Below are positions 1-8,060 of a stretch of DNA of 64,000 nucleotides, piece by piece. A program made the position numbers and the translations under genes. Positions within the stretch are counted from its first letter, which is position 1. Every line of letters starts with the position of its first letter. Source of the DNA: Acidobacteriota bacterium (GTDB taxonomy: Bacteria; Acidobacteriota; Vicinamibacteria; Vicinamibacterales; CAVVIG01); NCBI GenBank assembly GCA_003222535.1, contig QHWJ01000345.1, forward strand, positions 1,546 through 65,545, read 5' to 3'. The notes below the pieces were generated by a model. That model was not told where the DNA came from, did no database searches, and saw nothing but the letters and a program-made list of their open reading frames with translations.

Positions 1-288
1 GCCGCGCGGCGCGACGGCGTTTCGAAAATCCGGATGGGCCGGGACGGCGTCCAGTTCTTTCTGATCCTGCTGAAAGTGATCACGATCTTCAGCCCGCTGC
101 GCCTCTTCCTGCCCATGAGCGCTGCGGCGTTCCTCATCGGTGCCGGATACGCGGTGTGGACGATCATCACGCAGTCGCACGTGACGAACTCGTCGGTGCT
201 GCTGATTCTGCTGAGCGTGGTCATCCTGCTCGTAGGGCTCGTCTCCGAACAGATCTCGTCGCTGCGGTTCGAAGGCCGCCAATCATGA
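1..288 (+). CDS. C-terminal fragment of a GT2 polyprenyl-phosphate glycosyltransferase (ArnC/GtrB-like); 5' end lies outside the window
   Basis: The frame is open from base 1. The tail GVSKIRMGRDGVQFF followed by two hydrophobic helices and SEQISSLRFEG resembles the membrane-anchor end of ArnC-type GT2 enzymes. Its stop overlaps the next start (ATGA at 285-288). Confidence 0.55.
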   Translation, partial: AARRDGVSKIRMGRDGVQFFLILLKVITIFSPLRLFLPMSAAAFLIGAGYAVWTIITQSHVTNSSVLLILLSVVILLVGLVSEQISSLRFEGRQS

Positions 289-1016
289 CGCTTCCGACAG
301 CGCTCGTGGTCGTGCCGACCTACAACGAACGCGACAATCTGCCCCTCCTCGCCACAGCCCTGATGCAGTACCCGAACGTCAGCCTGCTGGTGGTCGACGA
401 TGAGTCGCCCGATGGAACGGGCGCGGTCGCCGACGCGCTCGCGCGCCAGTATCCGGAACGGATCGAAGTGCTGCACCGGAAGACACACCGGGGGCTCGGG
501 CGCTCCTACATCGATGGCATCGCGTCGGTGCTCGATCGTCCGGTCGACGTCATTTGCCAGATGGACGCCGATCTGTCGCACGACCCCCGGCATCTCCCCG
601 ATCTCATTGCGGCCAGCGTGCACGCCGACGTGGTCATCGGCTCGCGGTACGTGCCGGGAGGCGCGGTCGTGAACTGGCCGCGCCGGCGCCGGCTGCTGAG
701 CCGGGTCGCCAATGGGTACATCCGCCTGGTGACGCGTTTGAGCCCGCGCGACTGCACGAGCGGTTATCGCTGCTGGCGGCGCGAGGCGCTCGCCTCGGTT
801 CCGCTCGCCCGCTTCACATCGGACGGTTATTCGTTTCTGGTCGAGATGCTGTACGCGGCGACCGCCGCCGACCTGCGGTTCGCGGAAGTGCCGATCACGT
901 TCGTCGAGCGGCGGCTGGGCGAATCGAAGCTGACCCGGGCCGTGCTGTTCGAATCGGCCATCACGCCATGGCGGCTCATCGCGTCGCGAAACACGCGGCG
1001 CCCGGCGGCGCGTTGA
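285..1016 (+). CDS. GT2 polyprenol-monophosphate mannosyl/glycosyl transferase (DPM1/Ppm1-like)
   Basis: MTLPTALVVVPTYNERDNL, VVDDESPDGT and QMDADLSHDP are classic GT2 DPM1-like motifs. The internal ATG at 285 was chosen over the ORF-track start at 156 because of the ATGA overlap with the upstream stop. Confidence 0.85.
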   Translation: MTLPTALVVVPTYNERDNLPLLATALMQYPNVSLLVVDDESPDGTGAVADALARQYPERIEVLHRKTHRGLGRSYIDGIASVLDRPVDVICQMDADLSHDPRHLPDLIAASVHADVVIGSRYVPGGAVVNWPRRRRLLSRVANGYIRLVTRLSPRDCTSGYRCWRREALASVPLARFTSDGYSFLVEMLYAATAADLRFAEVPITFVERRLGESKLTRAVLFESAITPWRLIASRNTRRPAAR

Positions 1017-1050
1017 CCCCCTTTTCGTGCTATGGTTCAGGGGCCTTTTC

Positions 1051-1857
1051 ATGTCCGCCGCCCCCGCCGAAAAACCCGCGGGTCTGAGTGTCTTCTTCCC
1101 GGCGTACAACGACAGCGGCACCATCGCGAGCATGGTGATCCGCGCCGTGAAGACCGCCTCGGAGCTGACACCGGACTTCGAGATCATCGTCGTCGACGAC
1201 GGCAGCGCCGACGGCACGGCCGAAATCGCCGACGAGCTCGCGCGCACCTACCCGCAGGTGCGGGCCGTTCATCATCCGACCAACCGCGATTACGGTGCCG
1301 CCCTGCAGACCGGATTCCGATCCGCCATCAAGGAATTCATCTTCTATACCGATGGCGATGCACAGTACGACCCGGCGGAGCTGGCGGCGCTCTGGCGCAG
1401 CATGACGCCGGACGCGGATCTCGTGAACGGCTACAAGATCAGCCGCGCCGATCCGCTGCACCGCATCCTCATCGGACGGATCTACCACCACATCGTCAGC
1501 CTCCTGTTCGGCCTGAAGCTGCGCGACGTCGACTGCGATTTCCGCCTGCTGCGACGCGCCATTTTCGAGCGCATCAACCTCGAAAAGACGAGCGGGATCA
1601 TCTGCGTCGAGATGATGAAGAAGATTCAGGACGGCGGCTTCCGCATCGTCGAGGTGCCGGTGCGTCACTACCACCGCGCGTTCGGCAAGTCCGCGTTTTT
1701 CAATTTCCGGCGCCTGTTCAGGACCGGCAGGGACCTGCTGGTGCTCTGGGGCGAGCTCGTGGTCCGCCGCAAGCACCTGCGGCCCGGCATCACTCCGCTC
1801 GCCAGGACCACGGCCGACCCGGCCGACCGCGTCTATCCGAGTCCGCCGCGGCCGTGA
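1051..1857 (+). CDS. glycosyltransferase family 2
   Basis: LSVFFPAYNDSGTI, IIVVDDGSADGT and YTDGDAQYD are GT2 DxD-type motifs. The start could be 1027 (GTG) or 1051 (ATG). Confidence 0.8.
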   Translation: MSAAPAEKPAGLSVFFPAYNDSGTIASMVIRAVKTASELTPDFEIIVVDDGSADGTAEIADELARTYPQVRAVHHPTNRDYGAALQTGFRSAIKEFIFYTDGDAQYDPAELAALWRSMTPDADLVNGYKISRADPLHRILIGRIYHHIVSLLFGLKLRDVDCDFRLLRRAIFERINLEKTSGIICVEMMKKIQDGGFRIVEVPVRHYHRAFGKSAFFNFRRLFRTGRDLLVLWGELVVRRKHLRPGITPLARTTADPADRVYPSPPRP

Positions 1858-2879
1858 CCGCGGAGTACCGCGAGCTCTACCGCGACCGCGCCGTGATGAT
1901 CACCGGCGGCCTCGGGTTCATCGGCAGCAACCTCGCGCGCCGCCTGGTCGAGCTCGGCGCCGACGTGTTGCTCGTGGACTCGCTCATCCCGGACTCCGGC
2001 GGCAACCTGTTCAACATCGACGGCATCGCCGATCGGGTGCGCGTCAACGTGGCCGACATCCGCCAGCAGACGACGATGAACCATCTCGTCCGCGATCGCG
2101 ACGTCATCTTCAGCCTCGCGGGCCAGGTGAGCCACATCGACAGCATGCGGGACCCGTACACGGACCTCGAGATCAACTGCCGGAGCCAGCTCACCGTTCT
2201 CGAGGCGTGCCGCAACCACAACCCGAAGGTGAAGGTCGTCTTCGCCGGTACGCGCCAGGTGTACGGGCGCCCCGACTCTCTTCCGGTCGATGAGAGCCAT
2301 CTCGTGCGCCCGACCGACGTCAACGGGATCAACAAGGCGGCCGGCGAGAACTACCATCTCGTCTACAACAACGTGTTCGGCGTGAGCGCGTGCTCGCTCC
2401 GGCTGACCAACGTGTACGGGCCGCGTCAGCTCATCAAGCACGATCGCCAGGGCTTCATCGGCTGGTTCATCAGGCTTGCGATCCAGGATCAGGCCATCCA
2501 CATCTACGGTGACGGCTCGCAGCTCCGCGATTTCGTCTACGTGGACGACGCCGCCGACGCGTTCCTCCGGGCGGGCGCCAGCGACGCATGCAACGGCGAG
2601 GTGTTCAACGTGGGCGGCGACGAGCCGATCAGCCATCGCGATCTCACGGCGCTGCTCATCAAGGTGGCCGGCCGAGGCTCCGTGAAATACGTCGAGTGGC
2701 CCGCCTCGAAGAAGGCGATCGACATCGGCAGCTTCTATGCTGATTCGACGAAGTTCAAGCGCACCACCGGCTGGACGCCGGCGGTCTCTCTCGCGGACGG
2801 CCTGCGCCGGACCGTCGAGTTCTATCGCGCACACTTCAGCGAGTACGTCCCCGACGAGCCGGAAGCGGAGCGCCTGTGA
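1854..2879 (+). CDS. NAD-dependent sugar epimerase/dehydratase (SDR, extended)
   Basis: VMITGGLGFIGSNL is a Rossmann motif and the body is SDR-like (YGPRQ, GDGSQLRDFVYVDD). A GTGA overlap with the upstream stop sets the start at 1854. The long ORF-track N-terminus (1032) is the out-of-phase tail of another gene. Confidence 0.85.
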   Translation: MTAEYRELYRDRAVMITGGLGFIGSNLARRLVELGADVLLVDSLIPDSGGNLFNIDGIADRVRVNVADIRQQTTMNHLVRDRDVIFSLAGQVSHIDSMRDPYTDLEINCRSQLTVLEACRNHNPKVKVVFAGTRQVYGRPDSLPVDESHLVRPTDVNGINKAAGENYHLVYNNVFGVSACSLRLTNVYGPRQLIKHDRQGFIGWFIRLAIQDQAIHIYGDGSQLRDFVYVDDAADAFLRAGASDACNGEVFNVGGDEPISHRDLTALLIKVAGRGSVKYVEWPASKKAIDIGSFYADSTKFKRTTGWTPAVSLADGLRRTVEFYRAHFSEYVPDEPEAERL

Positions 2880-3982
2880 CGCCGCTCCGCATTCCGTTCC
2901 TATCGCTCGTGCCGGGCGAGGATGCGGCGGACGTGAGAAGCGCGATCGACCGCGTCATTGCCCGTGGATGGTTCGTGCTCGGGCCCGAGGTCGAGGCGTT
3001 CGAACAGGAATTCGCGGCCGCGTCGGGTGCAGCCTGCGCCGTCGGCGTCGGGACTGGCACCGATGCGATCGCCCTCGTGCTGCGCGCGCTCGGCGCCGGC
3101 GCCGGCGACGAGGTGATCACCACTCCCTTGTCGGCCGCTTACAGCGCGCTGGCCATCATGATGGCCGGCGCGCGGCCGGTGTTTGCCGATATCGACCCGG
3201 CCCGCATGACGATCGATCCCGGGCAGATCGCCCGCGCGGTGTCGCCGCGCACGCGGGCACTGCTGCCGGTTCACCTGTACGGGCAACCGGCCGACATGGC
3301 GGCGATCGAGCGCATCGCCGCACGGCACAACCTGGCGATCGTCGAGGACTGCTGCCAGGCGCACCTCGCAACCGCGGGCGGACGGCCGGTCGGCACCATC
3401 GGCGTCGCTGGAGCGTTCAGCTTCTACCCGACCAAGAATCTCGGCGCGCTGGGCGACGGCGGAGCCATTGTCACGAACGATCGCGCGCTGGCCGACCGGC
3501 TCAGGCGGCTGCGAAACGGCGGCCAGACCGACCGGTATCATCATCGGGAACCGGGCATCAATTCGCGGCTGGACGAGATGCAGGCCGCGATTCTGCGCGC
3601 ACGGCTACCGCGGCTCCGGAACTGGACCGAGCGTCGTCGCGCGCTCGCGGCGCGTTACCGCAGCGGGCTCGCCGGCAGCCCCGTGACGGTGCCGCCGGAG
3701 CTCGACCCCGGCCACGTCTATCATCTGTTCGTCGGAAGAAGTGGAGCGCGACGCGATCTGCAGGCGCACCTCGCCGCCAGCGGGATCGAGACGCTGATTC
3801 ATTATCCGGTGCCGATTCCCCGTCAGCCGGCCATGGCGGCGGTCGACCCGGCGGAGTGCCCTGTGGCCGCACGCGTCTGCGACGAGATTCTGTCGCTCCC
3901 GCTTCACCCCGCCTTGCACGACGACGAGGTCGACGCCGTCGCGGCCGCGGTGCGCGTCTTCGAGCCGCGGACAGCGTCCTGA
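2876..3982 (+). CDS. DegT/DnrJ/EryC1/StrS family PLP sugar aminotransferase (ArnB-like)
   Basis: WFVLGPEVEAFEQEFA, SFYPTKNLGALGDGG and INSRLDEMQAAIL are hallmark DegT-family motifs. GTGA overlap with the upstream gene. Confidence 0.9.
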   Translation: MTPLRIPFLSLVPGEDAADVRSAIDRVIARGWFVLGPEVEAFEQEFAAASGAACAVGVGTGTDAIALVLRALGAGAGDEVITTPLSAAYSALAIMMAGARPVFADIDPARMTIDPGQIARAVSPRTRALLPVHLYGQPADMAAIERIAARHNLAIVEDCCQAHLATAGGRPVGTIGVAGAFSFYPTKNLGALGDGGAIVTNDRALADRLRRLRNGGQTDRYHHREPGINSRLDEMQAAILRARLPRLRNWTERRRALAARYRSGLAGSPVTVPPELDPGHVYHLFVGRSGARRDLQAHLAASGIETLIHYPVPIPRQPAMAAVDPAECPVAARVCDEILSLPLHPALHDDEVDAVAAAVRVFEPRTAS

Positions 3983-3995
3983 AAGGACATCACGA

Positions 3996-4958
3996 GTGCG
4001 AGCGTTGATAACCGGCGGGGCCGGGTTCATCGGGTCCCATCTCTCCGAGATGTTGATCGAGCAGGGGCACGAGGTGCTCATCCTCGACAACCTGTCGACC
4101 GGCTCCATCGACAACATCGCCCACCTCAAAGGTCGGCCGGGGTTCGAGTATTTCATCGACAGCGTGAACAACGAGCCGCTGCTCGCCGAGCTGATCGATC
4201 GCAGCGACGTGGTGTTCCATTTCGCCGCAGCGGTCGGCGTCAAGCTGATCGTCGAGCAGCCGGTTTACACGATCGAGACCAACGTGCACGGCACCGAGGT
4301 GGTGCTCAAACACGCCAACAAGAAAAAAAAGCTCGTGGTGATCGCGTCGACGTCCGAGGTGTACGGCAAGAGCGAGGACGTGCCGTTCCGGGAGGATTCG
4401 GATCTGGTGTTGGGCCCGACGCCGAAGCACCGCTGGGCGTACGCCTGCAGCAAGGCGATCGACGAGTTCCTCGCGCTCGCCTACTGGAAGGAACGCAAGC
4501 TCCCCGTCATCATCGTGCGCTTCTTCAACACGGTCGGCCCGAGGCAATCGGGACAGTACGGAATGGTGATCCCCAATTTCGTCCGGCAGGCGCTCGCCGG
4601 CGAGCCCATCACGGTGTTCGGCGACGGCCAGCAGCAGCGGGCCTTCACGCACGTCACCGACGTCGTGGGTGCGTTGCTGAAGCTGGTGGCCGAACCCAGG
4701 GCGATCGGGCAGGTCGTCAATATCGGCAACTCGGAAGAAATCACCATCGAGCATCTGGCGGAGCGGGTGCGGGACCTCAGCGGCTCGAAGTCGCTCATCA
4801 AGTTCATCCCCTACGACCAGGCCTACGAGTCCGGGTTCGAGGACATGCCGCGGCGCGTCCCGGACCTGACCCGCGTCGAAGGGCTCATCGGTTACGCCCC
4901 GAAACACCAACTGGACGAGATCCTGGCCCAGGTCATTGATTATTTCCGCAGGAAATAG
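3996..4958 (+). CDS. NAD-dependent epimerase/dehydratase, UDP-glucuronate decarboxylase / ArnA-C-terminal-like
   Basis: ALITGGAGFIGSHL, STSEVYG and RWAYACSKAIDE (YxxxK) are present. AAAGGA lies upstream of the GTG start. Confidence 0.85.
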   Translation: MRALITGGAGFIGSHLSEMLIEQGHEVLILDNLSTGSIDNIAHLKGRPGFEYFIDSVNNEPLLAELIDRSDVVFHFAAAVGVKLIVEQPVYTIETNVHGTEVVLKHANKKKKLVVIASTSEVYGKSEDVPFREDSDLVLGPTPKHRWAYACSKAIDEFLALAYWKERKLPVIIVRFFNTVGPRQSGQYGMVIPNFVRQALAGEPITVFGDGQQQRAFTHVTDVVGALLKLVAEPRAIGQVVNIGNSEEITIEHLAERVRDLSGSKSLIKFIPYDQAYESGFEDMPRRVPDLTRVEGLIGYAPKHQLDEILAQVIDYFRRK

Positions 4959-5006
4959 CCAGCTGGGCTGCGATTGGGCAGGATGCGCGTATACTGGTTT
5001 TACACC

Positions 5007-5762
5007 ATGAACATCTCGAAAGCGAAGACCCTGAAGCGGCTGGCGCTTTGCGCGGCCACATATCTGCTCGCAGCCTCCACGGCCTCAGCGGAAGTGCACC
5101 TGACAATGCAGAACGGGCGGGTGTCGATCGTCGCAAAGGACGCGACCCTCCGCCAGATTCTCACGGAGTGGGCGCGCGTCGGTCAGACGACCATCGTCAA
5201 CGTCGAGCGGATCCCCGGCGGGCCGGTGTCGCTCGAATTGAACGACGTGACCGAAGGGCAGGCGCTCGAAGTCCTGCTGCGGCCTATCAGCGGCTACATC
5301 ACCGCGCCGCGTCCGGTCGAAGCGGCCAACCTGTCGCGCTACGATCGCATCATCGTCATGCCGACGCTCGCGGGCGCGCGCGCGCCGGTGGCCGCGACGA
5401 CCCCGCCGCCGGTCTTCCAGCAGGCACCGCAGTTCAATCCGCCGCCGCCCGCGGACGATGATGACGATCAGACTCCCGCGACCAACGTCGTCGTGCCGAA
5501 TCCGGGCCGCGGCCCCGTGTTCAACACGTTCCCGCAACCGCAGATGGTGAATCCGCAGACCGGCGTGCCCGGTCAGCCGGTGGTCGGCGGCGTGGTGCAG
5601 ACGCCGAACCAGCCTCCAACGCCGACGATGCCTCCCAGCGCATTCCCCACCGCGCCGTTTGGCGGCGTCGCCGTTCCGGGGATGGTCGCCCCGCCGCCGC
5701 CCCCGCAACCCGGTCAGCCTGGCGCGCCCGGGCAGCCCGTGCGTCGGCCAGGCGGTCAATAG
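5007..5762 (+). CDS. secreted protein with an STN-like N-terminal domain and a proline-rich tail
   Basis: A signal-like segment KRLALCAATYLLAASTASA is followed by VSIVAKDATLRQILTEWARVGQ...GQALEVLL (Secretin/TonB N-terminal-like pattern). A PPPP/QP-rich C-terminus follows. The function is unknown. Confidence 0.55.
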   Translation: MNISKAKTLKRLALCAATYLLAASTASAEVHLTMQNGRVSIVAKDATLRQILTEWARVGQTTIVNVERIPGGPVSLELNDVTEGQALEVLLRPISGYITAPRPVEAANLSRYDRIIVMPTLAGARAPVAATTPPPVFQQAPQFNPPPPADDDDDQTPATNVVVPNPGRGPVFNTFPQPQMVNPQTGVPGQPVVGGVVQTPNQPPTPTMPPSAFPTAPFGGVAVPGMVAPPPPPQPGQPGAPGQPVRRPGGQ

Positions 5763-5765
5763 CAC

Positions 5766-6218
5766 TTGCCTCTGGTCGACGACATGACCGCGGCGATCGC
5801 CGACGCGATGCGCAAGCACGATCCGATTCGGCTGAGCGCGCTTCGCATGTTGAAGGCGGCGCTGATGAATCGAGAGGCCGAACGCGGCCGCGCGCTGGAC
5901 GACGGCGAGTCGCGGCAGGTCGTCGCCTCGCTCGTCAAGCAGCGGAAAGATTCCATCGAACAGTTCACAAAAGGCGGACGACCGGATCTCGCCGACAAGG
6001 AAGCCGCCGAGATCCGCGTGCTCGAAGCCTATCAGCCGCCCGCCGCCGATCCGGCGGCGATCGACCGCGCCGTCGCCGACGCGATCCGGGAGACGGGCGC
6101 GACATCGCCCAAAGACATGGGCCGCGTGATGAAGGCGGCCATGGCCAGGCTGGCGGGACAGAGCGTGGACGGCAAAGCCGTCAACGAGCTCGTGCGTGAG
6201 AAGCTGGCCGGACGCTAA
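5766..6218 (+). CDS. yqeY: GatB/YqeY domain protein
   Basis: The N-terminus aligns by length with YqeY family proteins (xxLxxxxxxDxxxAMRxxD, LSALRMLKAAL), then DSIEQFTKGGRPDLADKEAAEIRVLEAY. TTG start at 5766. Confidence 0.85.
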   Translation: MPLVDDMTAAIADAMRKHDPIRLSALRMLKAALMNREAERGRALDDGESRQVVASLVKQRKDSIEQFTKGGRPDLADKEAAEIRVLEAYQPPAADPAAIDRAVADAIRETGATSPKDMGRVMKAAMARLAGQSVDGKAVNELVREKLAGR

Positions 6219-6228
6219 ACTTTTTTTC

Positions 6229-6323
6229 AGAGGCGTCCGTCTAACCTTGCGAGACGGCACAAACAGCCTCTCATCCATCCTCCTTTAGGCCCTTCCCGCA
6301 AACGCGACGAAGGGCCTTTTTTT
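6229..6323 (+). ncRNA. candidate small RNA / structured 3' UTR behind yqeY
   Basis: Nested helices (agaggc 6229-6234 / gcctct 6266-6271 enclosing ccgtct / agacgg) are followed by the unpaired segment CAUCCAUCCUCCUUU (6272-6286). A strong intrinsic terminator comes next. Confidence 0.3.
6287..6323 (+). terminator. Rho-independent terminator
   Basis: A 9-bp GC-rich stem (aggcccttc 6287-6295 / gaagggcct 6309-6317) is followed by a 7-T run. Confidence 0.8.
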
Positions 6324-6825
6324 GTCCGCTTCCGAACACCCTTCGCGCCCGCCGTCGGGCAGAGGCTCACACCGAAGAGTCGCATCCGGCCTTCGTGAGC
6401 AGCTTCGCGTCAATGCGTTCGCGAGCGTCGCGCTCCTGCGCGTGATTGGATTTCAACGGCTGGCGCTCGAGAAATCCATCGCGGCGATCATGAATGCGCC
6501 GCGCTGCTGTGGATGCCGCGCCGCCGGCTCGGGTGGATCGAGGGCGAACGCCTGCTGGCGACGCTCGTCAAAATTACATAGTCCGCAGTATTGATGGGTG
6601 TCGCGGCCAGCGTCATTCAACCCGCGATGGATCGCACCCGCACGGTCCGCGACTGGCCGCGCTGGCGATTCGGCTCACCGCCATCTGCGGCAGCATGGTG
6701 TCGAGGAATTCGGCGGCGCGTCGAGCTGATTCCGGGACGGGTACGAAAGTTGCTGACTGAATGAAGGCCTGGGCGACAGACAGTCGCCGCTCCGTCCGGA
6801 TGTAGTACGATTCCTGTCCGCACCA

Positions 6826-7569
6826 ATGCGCCGAAACTCTTCACTGTACGCCTCTTCCTTCTCATTCGGTCCGGGTCCGCTTTCGACGGCCCTGAAAGCG
6901 CTGATCGGCGCGAACGTCGTCATGTTTCTCGGGCAGTTCTTTTTCTCGATCGTGACGGACGTGCTCGGCCTGCGCCCCATCTTCGTCGTGCGGTACTTCT
7001 GGGTCTGGCAGCTCGCCACATACATGTTTCTGCACGGTGGGATTTTCCACATCGTGTTCAACATGCTCGCCCTCTGGATGTTTGGGACGGAACTGGAACG
7101 GATCTGGGGGACGCGGTACTTCCTGAAGTTTTATCTCGTCACCGGCGTCGGCGCAGGCGTGCTCACGGTGCTGTTCTCGCTGCTGCCCTTCGAATTCGCT
7201 CAGAGCGTCCACCGCTCGAACGTCATCGGCGCGTCGGGAGCGATCTACGGCCTGTTGCTGGCGTACGCCTTGTACTTTCCGGATCGGCCCATCTACATGT
7301 ATTTCGTGTTCCCGATCCCGGCGAAAATCTTCGTCGCGATCATGGGCGCGATCGCGTTCTTTTCGTCGCTGAGCGATGCAGGCGGCGTCGCCAACGCGAC
7401 ACACCTGGGCGGTCTGCTGGTCGCCTACCTCTTCCTCAAAGGCGCACGGCTCCACCCGATGTCAGAAGTGAAATACCGCTACCTTAAATGGAAGATCAAC
7501 CGCGTACGCAAGAAGTTCGATGTGTACTCGGGCGGCCGTGCGGACGACTACGACCGCCGTGTGCACTAG
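6826..7569 (+). CDS. rhomboid family intramembrane serine protease
   Basis: HGGIFHIVFNMLALWMFG and GASGAIYGLLLAY (GxSG) are present within a multi-TM profile. Confidence 0.9.
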   Translation: MRRNSSLYASSFSFGPGPLSTALKALIGANVVMFLGQFFFSIVTDVLGLRPIFVVRYFWVWQLATYMFLHGGIFHIVFNMLALWMFGTELERIWGTRYFLKFYLVTGVGAGVLTVLFSLLPFEFAQSVHRSNVIGASGAIYGLLLAYALYFPDRPIYMYFVFPIPAKIFVAIMGAIAFFSSLSDAGGVANATHLGGLLVAYLFLKGARLHPMSEVKYRYLKWKINRVRKKFDVYSGGRADDYDRRVH

Positions 7570-8045
7570 GAGAATCTCTTTGATCGTTCGGCACGCGGCA
7601 GTCCTGAAGACCGGATGCTCCACGGCAGCCGCACGCCTCCCACAGCCAGCGCCAGCGTAGATCCCAGCACCGGCAGGCCGTAGCCGCTCGTCAGGATGCT
7701 GTACTTGAACAGCGCGCCGCTGGCGAACTGGAAGTTCAGCGCCATGAAGAACGCGACCAGCGCGAACAGCGGCGTCCAGAAGCCGGCCACCATCGCCGCA
7801 CCGGACGTGATCTCGCCGAGCGGCACGAGCCGCGCGAAGATCGTCGAGTACGGCATCGCCACGCGCTCGAGGTACTGGTGGCTCCACGATCCGGCCGGCA
7901 CGGCCTGCGACCAGTCCGCGAGCTGGCTCGCCAGCAGCGACGTGTCGGTCAACCAGCGGATCTTGCCGAGCCCTTCGAAGATGAAAAAGATCCCGATGCA
8001 GATCCGCAGAATCGACAGCCCCGTGCCCTGACGATCCATCGCCAT
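7566..8045 (-). CDS. DoxX family membrane protein
   Basis: LSILRICIGIFFIFEGLGK is present with four hydrophobic helices (DoxX/TQO-small-subunit-like). Confidence 0.7.
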   Translation of the reverse strand: MAMDRQGTGLSILRICIGIFFIFEGLGKIRWLTDTSLLASQLADWSQAVPAGSWSHQYLERVAMPYSTIFARLVPLGEITSGAAMVAGFWTPLFALVAFFMALNFQFASGALFKYSILTSGYGLPVLGSTLALAVGGVRLPWSIRSSGLPRAERSKRFS

Positions 8046-8060
8046 CGCGTCCTCTTCGCT

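Noticed and set aside
6345-6612. A possible HNH-endonuclease relic on the minus strand (YCGLC ... SIHPSRRRG ... KSNHAQ).
   Set aside because: The pieces lie in three different frames and there is no start codon. The similarities are short (DHIxPRSRGG-like, CxxC). The case is too weak without a frameshift-aware search. The 500-nt gap 6324-6825 remains unexplained.
6722-6816. A tRNA/tmRNA-like look: gctgattc near the 5' end, gtacgattc resembling a T-loop, and gcacca just before the rhomboid ATG.
   Set aside because: I cannot draw an acceptor stem or T-arm pairing. The element is far too short for tmRNA. The ACCA is simply followed by the start codon.
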